Assembly: GCA_033344815.1 (NCBI GenBank)
Contig: JAWPMR010000001.1
Coordinates: 46,136-110,135 of the forward strand
Origin: Paracoccaceae bacterium
GTDB lineage: Bacteria > Pseudomonadota > Alphaproteobacteria > Rhodobacterales > Rhodobacteraceae
Direction: 5' to 3'
DNA: 64,000 nt
Each line of letters opens with the position of its first letter. The stretch's first letter is position 1. A program made the translations under genes and the position numbers. Positions 59,486 to 64,000 of this stretch are shown one piece after another. A model generated the notes under the pieces. The model worked only from the letters and a program-made list of their open reading frames with translations. It searched no databases and was not told where the DNA came from.

Positions 59486-59931
59486 GCGCGTCGCAACACC
59501 ATGCCGAATTTGTCCTCACAATCAAATCCCAAGGCTTCGTAAAACCCGCGCGCACCGCGTTTCTGACCGGTCAGCAACATGATTTTATAGGTGTTTTGCG
59601 CCCATGCTGCATCTATGGCGGCCTGCATGACCTGTCGCCCGATCCCGCGCATTTGGAACTTGGGTGTCGTCGCAACGTTTTCGATCAGCGCATAGGGGCG
59701 GGCGTCATGGGTCACATTGGGCAGAATATGCAACGTGCACATGGCAACGAGCCGACCATCGATTTCGGCCCCGAAAATGAACGTCCCGGGATGCGCTAAA
59801 ACAGCGCAAATATCGGAAATTCGCGCTGTCTTGGGACCAAAGGTCAGTTCATTGTAGAGCGTGACCAGCTGATCGGCATCCGACCGTTTGAGCGGCCGGA
59901 CCAGAATATCCTCAGAACGGGATTTCATCAT
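59482..59931 (-). CDS. GNAT-family N-acetyltransferase
   Basis: LIENVAT...[25 protein letters not shown]; start lies inside the last ssb codons. Confidence 0.9.
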   Translation of the reverse strand: MMKSRSEDILVRPLKRSDADQLVTLYNELTFGPKTARISDICAVLAHPGTFIFGAEIDGRLVAMCTLHILPNVTHDARPYALIENVATTPKFQMRGIGRQVMQAAIDAAWAQNTYKIMLLTGQKRGARGFYEALGFDCEDKFGMVLRRA

Positions 59932-60403
59932 CCAGATCGCGTGAAGGTGCCGGGCTGCCGCCGCCTGAGCTGCTGCTGGACCGGTCATCATATCCCATGG
60001 ACTCCGGGCTGCCACCGCCACCGCCGAAGTTGCCGCCACCGCTTGCGCCGTCACGACCGTCCAGCATGGTAAGCGTGCCGCCGTATCCTTGCAGCACGAC
60101 TTCCGTGGAATAGCGATCCTGACCGGACTGGTCCTGCCACTTGCGGGTTTGCAGCTGCCCTTCGATGTAAACCTTGGACCCTTTGCGCAGATACTGCTCT
60201 GCGATGCGTACAAGGCCTTCTTGGAAAATCGCGACCGAATGCCATTCAGTGCGTTCCTTGCGTTCGCCGGTATTGCGGTCTTTCCAGGTCTCAGAGGTCG
60301 CAATGCGCAAGTTGCAGACCTTGCCGCCGTTTTGGAAACTGCGCACTTCAGGGTCACGCCCCAGATTGCCGATGAGAATTACTTTGTTGACTGAGCCTGC
60401 CAT
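59912..60403 (-). CDS. ssb: Single-stranded DNA-binding protein
   Basis: [24 protein letters not shown]-terminal LDDEIPF. Confidence 0.98.
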   Translation of the reverse strand: MAGSVNKVILIGNLGRDPEVRSFQNGGKVCNLRIATSETWKDRNTGERKERTEWHSVAIFQEGLVRIAEQYLRKGSKVYIEGQLQTRKWQDQSGQDRYSTEVVLQGYGGTLTMLDGRDGASGGGNFGGGGGSPESMGYDDRSSSSSGGGSPAPSRDLDDEIPF

Positions 60404-60587
60404 GATGCCCCCTTTGACGTCTGGATTGTGATGCCTCGGGTGCTGCGCGAATCCCGAAAGTCCGAATTAGGGTGTTTGTATACCGGGCGCGAGGATAATT
60501 GAACATCGCTATACTGTGGGTTGTACAATCATTTTCATGCGTCAAAACGCTGGATTGCGGCGTGGTTTCGGTATATCCGGATCGTGG

Positions 60588-61199
60588 ATGAGGGAAATCA
60601 GCAAGATATTGGCCAGACTGGCATTTAGCTGCGCGGTGATCGTGGCATTTGTGATGGTGAGCGTTCCGCTTGAGGCGCAAACCCTCTCCAGTAAGAACCG
60701 TGCCAAGCTGTTTTCTTCACAGAAACGCGTGCTCGATACCCGTGCTGCCGGGCAGTACAAGAACTCGGTCAGACTAAAACCGCCAACCGTATATACGCCC
60801 AGCAAATGGGCAAACCCTGAATATGAGGGCCGGTATAGAGGCCAGTTTCTGGAGATGGCAAAACGGGCGGCGCGCAAACACGGTGTGCCGGAAAACCTGT
60901 TCCTGCGGCTTGTGCAACAGGAATCCAACTGGAACCCCACAGCCAAATCTCACAAAGGGGCTTTGGGTCTCGCCCAATTGATGCCGGGGACCGCACGGAG
61001 CCTTCGCGTAGATCCTTTGGATCCGGAGCAAAATCTGGAGGGTGGCGCGCGATACCTCAAGACGCAGTTCCGCGAATTTGGCTCATGGCGTCTGGCCCTG
61101 GCGGCCTACAATGCGGGACCTGGCGCGGTGAAGAAGTACGGCGGTGTCCCGCCCTTTAAAGAAACCCGCAATTACGTCAAAATCATTGGCGGGCAATAG
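60588..61199 (+). CDS. SLT-domain lytic transglycosylase
   Basis: [36 protein letters not shown]; start uncertain (60516-60588). Confidence 0.92.
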   Translation: MREISKILARLAFSCAVIVAFVMVSVPLEAQTLSSKNRAKLFSSQKRVLDTRAAGQYKNSVRLKPPTVYTPSKWANPEYEGRYRGQFLEMAKRAARKHGVPENLFLRLVQQESNWNPTAKSHKGALGLAQLMPGTARSLRVDPLDPEQNLEGGARYLKTQFREFGSWRLALAAYNAGPGAVKKYGGVPPFKETRNYVKIIGGQ

Positions 61200-61645
61200 C
61201 ACTCGAACCGCTTATCCTTCAATGGTGTGCAGGCTGTCTTGCGGCCTTGGTTTCCCTGCCTGACCTGTACGGGTGATCGTTTCGTGTTGTCATACAGATG
61301 GCGTAACATCTGCGCTCTCCGTTGATCTGGCATAAGACCAGTTTTTACACTCTTGCTGCAGCGAGGCTTTGTGACAGTGGGTCCGCGCAGGGCCCTGTCA
61401 CGCCTCCATGAATCGCATCGAGCACAGATTGTCTCAGCGAGAGACCGCTTATCGAGTACTGAGAGTAACCTTTTGTTAAAATGCATTAAATTTTGAAATC
61501 TGTGAATTAGATTCCATTGATGTCTGCCCAAAACTGCCGATCCGGTGGCGGTGAATGGAACAATTTCAGGCCGCCTTTGTTTTCTCCTCAGTGCTTGCGG
61601 CTCATCCCGCCAGTGCGGATCAACTGCACGAAAAGGAACATCACG

Positions 61646-62152
61646 ATGTTCGATTTAGTAAAGAATACGGCGCTTGCAACATCCATCAGCCTGTCGGCTT
61701 TCATGGCCTCAGGGGCCCTCGCCGGGACCGGCATAGGGGCGATTGATGTCAAAACCACATTGGAAGCGCCCCAAGGCAGCAATGCCCTCGACCTTTACCC
61801 GACAATTGCCGACGACTTGACGCGCGAAATCATGCAACGGGTCGATACAACCACTGATCCCACAGCGCCAATCATCTCAGTCACGATCAAAAAGGTTAGT
61901 CTGGATGGCGATACCATTCTGCCGGACTCTGCTGAGTTTAACGAATTGCAGGGCGTTCTGTCCTATCAGGGCGGGAGCCGTCAGGTGGTCGAGCCAATCA
62001 ATCTTTCGGCGCACACTGACCTGCAGTCGATGCCAGAGGGTTACGTCGTCAAAACACCAAGCGACGCCGATTTTTACAACGCAATGATTGTCACCTTTGC
62101 CGAACGCGTGCTGGAGTTGGTGCCAGCCGAAGATGTGAAAATCGACGGTTAG
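61646..62152 (+). CDS. Exported hypothetical protein
   Basis: ATG after AAAGGA; signal peptide ending GALA. Confidence 0.8.
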   Translation: MFDLVKNTALATSISLSAFMASGALAGTGIGAIDVKTTLEAPQGSNALDLYPTIADDLTREIMQRVDTTTDPTAPIISVTIKKVSLDGDTILPDSAEFNELQGVLSYQGGSRQVVEPINLSAHTDLQSMPEGYVVKTPSDADFYNAMIVTFAERVLELVPAEDVKIDG

Positions 62153-62253
62153 GATAGTGCTTTAACGAGTGGTCATTACCCGGTGTTCTGCCAACCCAAT
62201 GGGTGATGACAATTGGTCCCGCCAAGGCTCACCGTCCCGTGGCCTGAGGTGGT

Positions 62254-62290
62254 AAACGGCGCAGATCAGTCCCCGATCTGCGCCGTTTTT
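62254..62290. terminator. Intrinsic terminator
   Basis: Perfect 14-bp stem AAACGGCGCAGATC / GATCTGCGCCGTTT followed by T residues. Confidence 0.88.
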
Positions 62291-62302
62291 CCGGTCGATC
62301 TG

Positions 62303-64000
62303 CTATTCTGCGGCCACACCGACTTCGATCACGGGATCCATCTCTGCCAGCTTTTCATCACTCAGATGGCATTTAATTTGATGATTTCCGGGCAACATGC
62401 GCACCGGGGGCATGTCGGTTTCACACAGCCCGCCCGGAACCTCAGATTTCCAGCGACAGCGTGTCTGGAACGGACAGCCCGAGGGCGGGTTCATGGCAGA
62501 CGGAATATCGCCTTCCAGAACGATATGTTTCTTTTTCACCGATGTATCGGCGATGGGCACGGCAGACAAAAGCGCTTCAGTATAGGGGTGATAGGGCGGC
62601 GCAAACACCTGATCCGTGGTGCCCAGTTCAACCACATGGCCCAGATACATCACCATCACCCGGTCGCTCAGGTAACGCACGATCGACAGATCATGGCTGA
62701 TGAACAACAGCGTGGTTTTATGTTCGCGTTGGATTTCCATCAACAAATCGGTCACTGCCGCCTGCACAGAAACATCCAGAGCAGACACCGGTTCATCAGC
62801 AACCACAATGCGGGCATCCCCGGCAAAGGCGCGGGCGATCCCGACGCGCTGTTTCTGGCCCCCTGACAACTGCCGTGGCATCCGAATTGCAAATTCGCGG
62901 GGCAGCTTCACCAGATCGAGCAGTTTCAACATCCTGTCGTTGCGTTCCCGATCGCTTTCCCCGATGCCGAATATTTCCAGCGCCCGCACGATCTGGCGCC
63001 CGACGGTCATGGAAGGGTTCAGCGTGTCAAAGGGGTTTTGAAAGACCATCTGGACTTCGGACACGGTTTTCGTATCGCGATCTTCGATGGGGATATCCTG
63101 AATTTCCTTGTTTCCCAGCAGGATCTTGCCTTCGGTCGCGGTTTCCAATCCCATCAACACTTTGGCAAAGGTCGATTTACCGCAACCGGATTCCCCCACA
63201 ATCGCCAGGGTTTCAGATTCGCGGGCTTCAAAACTCAGCGTCTCATTGGCTTTGACAACCTTTGTGCTGCCGCCGCCAAAGATCGCATTTGCCGCTACCT
63301 CGTAATACTTCTTGAGGTTATCCATTTTCAGGACAACATCGCCGACCTCACCCTTGGTTTTCACATCCGCCAGTTCCAGCGGTGCGTTCCAGTCGATCTC
63401 CTTGAACTTCACACAGCGGGTTTCATGACGGGCGTCCTGATCCACCTGATGCATCGGGATAAACCCCTGATCGCATGTGCCAGCTTCAAAATAGTCACAG
63501 CGCGGTCCGAAGTTACATCCTTTGGGGCGTTCGTGGGGCAGGGGAAAATTCCCGGGAATGGCGATCAGCGGGCGCGCGTTTTTATCCGCACCCGGCAGGG
63601 GAATGGAGCGGAACAGCGCTTGGGTATAGGGGTGCTGCATCTTGTCGAACACATCCTCAATGGAGCCCCGTTCAACCGCTTCGCCGGAATACATCACGCA
63701 AATCCGATCGCAGGTTTCCAGCACGAGTCCAAGGTTGTGCGAGATGAACAGCATCGACGTGCCGTATTTCTTGCCCAAATCCTTGACCAGTTCCACAACG
63801 GCAGCTTCCACCGTCACATCAAGCGCGGTCGTCGGCTCATCGAGGATCAGCAGAGAGGGTTCCGACATCAGGGCCATGGCGATCACGATGCGCTGTTGTT
63901 GCCCGCCCGAGAGCTGGTGCGGAAAGGAGCCCAGAATGCGTTTGGGGTCGGGCAGCTTCACGTCCGTGACCACCTGAAGTGCGCGCTCATAGGCGTCTTT
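62303..64000 (-). CDS. Peptide/opine ABC transporter fused double ATPase (5' end outside the window)
   Basis: Two LSGGQ signatures, DEPTTALD/DEPVSALD, GESGCGKST, two HPYT oligopeptide-type C-domains. Confidence 0.93.
   Translation of the reverse strand, partial: KDAYERALQVVTDVKLPDPKRILGSFPHQLSGGQQQRIVIAMALMSEPSLLILDEPTTALDVTVEAAVVELVKDLGKKYGTSMLFISHNLGLVLETCDRICVMYSGEAVERGSIEDVFDKMQHPYTQALFRSIPLPGADKNARPLIAIPGNFPLPHERPKGCNFGPRCDYFEAGTCDQGFIPMHQVDQDARHETRCVKFKEIDWNAPLELADVKTKGEVGDVVLKMDNLKKYYEVAANAIFGGGSTKVVKANETLSFEARESETLAIVGESGCGKSTFAKVLMGLETATEGKILLGNKEIQDIPIEDRDTKTVSEVQMVFQNPFDTLNPSMTVGRQIVRALEIFGIGESDRERNDRMLKLLDLVKLPREFAIRMPRQLSGGQKQRVGIARAFAGDARIVVADEPVSALDVSVQAAVTDLLMEIQREHKTTLLFISHDLSIVRYLSDRVMVMYLGHVVELGTTDQVFAPPYHPYTEALLSAVPIADTSVKKKHIVLEGDIPSAMNPPSGCPFQTRCRWKSEVPGGLCETDMPPVRMLPGNHQIKCHLSDEKLAEMDPVIEVGVAAE

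Noticed and set aside
59932-60357. Long N-terminal extension of the GNAT ORF (59482..60357)
   Set aside because: It is an alternate frame inside ssb, which is clearly the real gene.
60404-60520. LexA box upstream of ssb
   Set aside because: No GTTC-N7-GTTC or GAAC-N7-GAAC match found.
1-64000. CRISPR array, rRNA, intact prophage or GTA genes
   Set aside because: No regularly spaced repeats, rRNA signatures or structural phage genes seen.

Overview
Chromosomal window of a Roseobacter-group alphaproteobacterium (about 55-60% GC). It is mostly core genes: purMN, purCSQ, rnd, sufE, the split methionine synthase genes, the F1Fo inhibitor zeta, dctBD-like, rne, fba, fumC, sspB with a two-piece tmRNA, xerD, aroKB and ssb. 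Accessory DNA lies next to two tRNAs. Downstream of tRNA-Asn is the end of an integrated element, with an integrase whose catalytic Arg codon is Leu and a NERD nuclease gene the ORF track missed. Downstream of tRNA-Ile2 is a decaying ~4.4 kb islet holding a frameshifted DUF3800 gene, a 26-aa stub resembling a REase-STAND defence gene, a dead IS3 and a dead integrase/IS91 pair. An RND efflux module with its own TetR separates the methionine synthase genes. The best candidate for an under-described system is the DMSP locus at 42.1-47.1 kb. There a GntR/FadR repressor with two operator-like palindromes faces a tightly coupled operon that places three uncharacterised metal/thiol-motif genes (DUF2182, DUF1326, DinB) ahead of dmdA and acuI. 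Several ORF-poor stretches appear to be decayed genes (SnoaL-like, SAM methyltransferase, AraC, LuxR). All family assignments come from motif recognition by eye; no database search was run. No CRISPR array or rRNA was seen.
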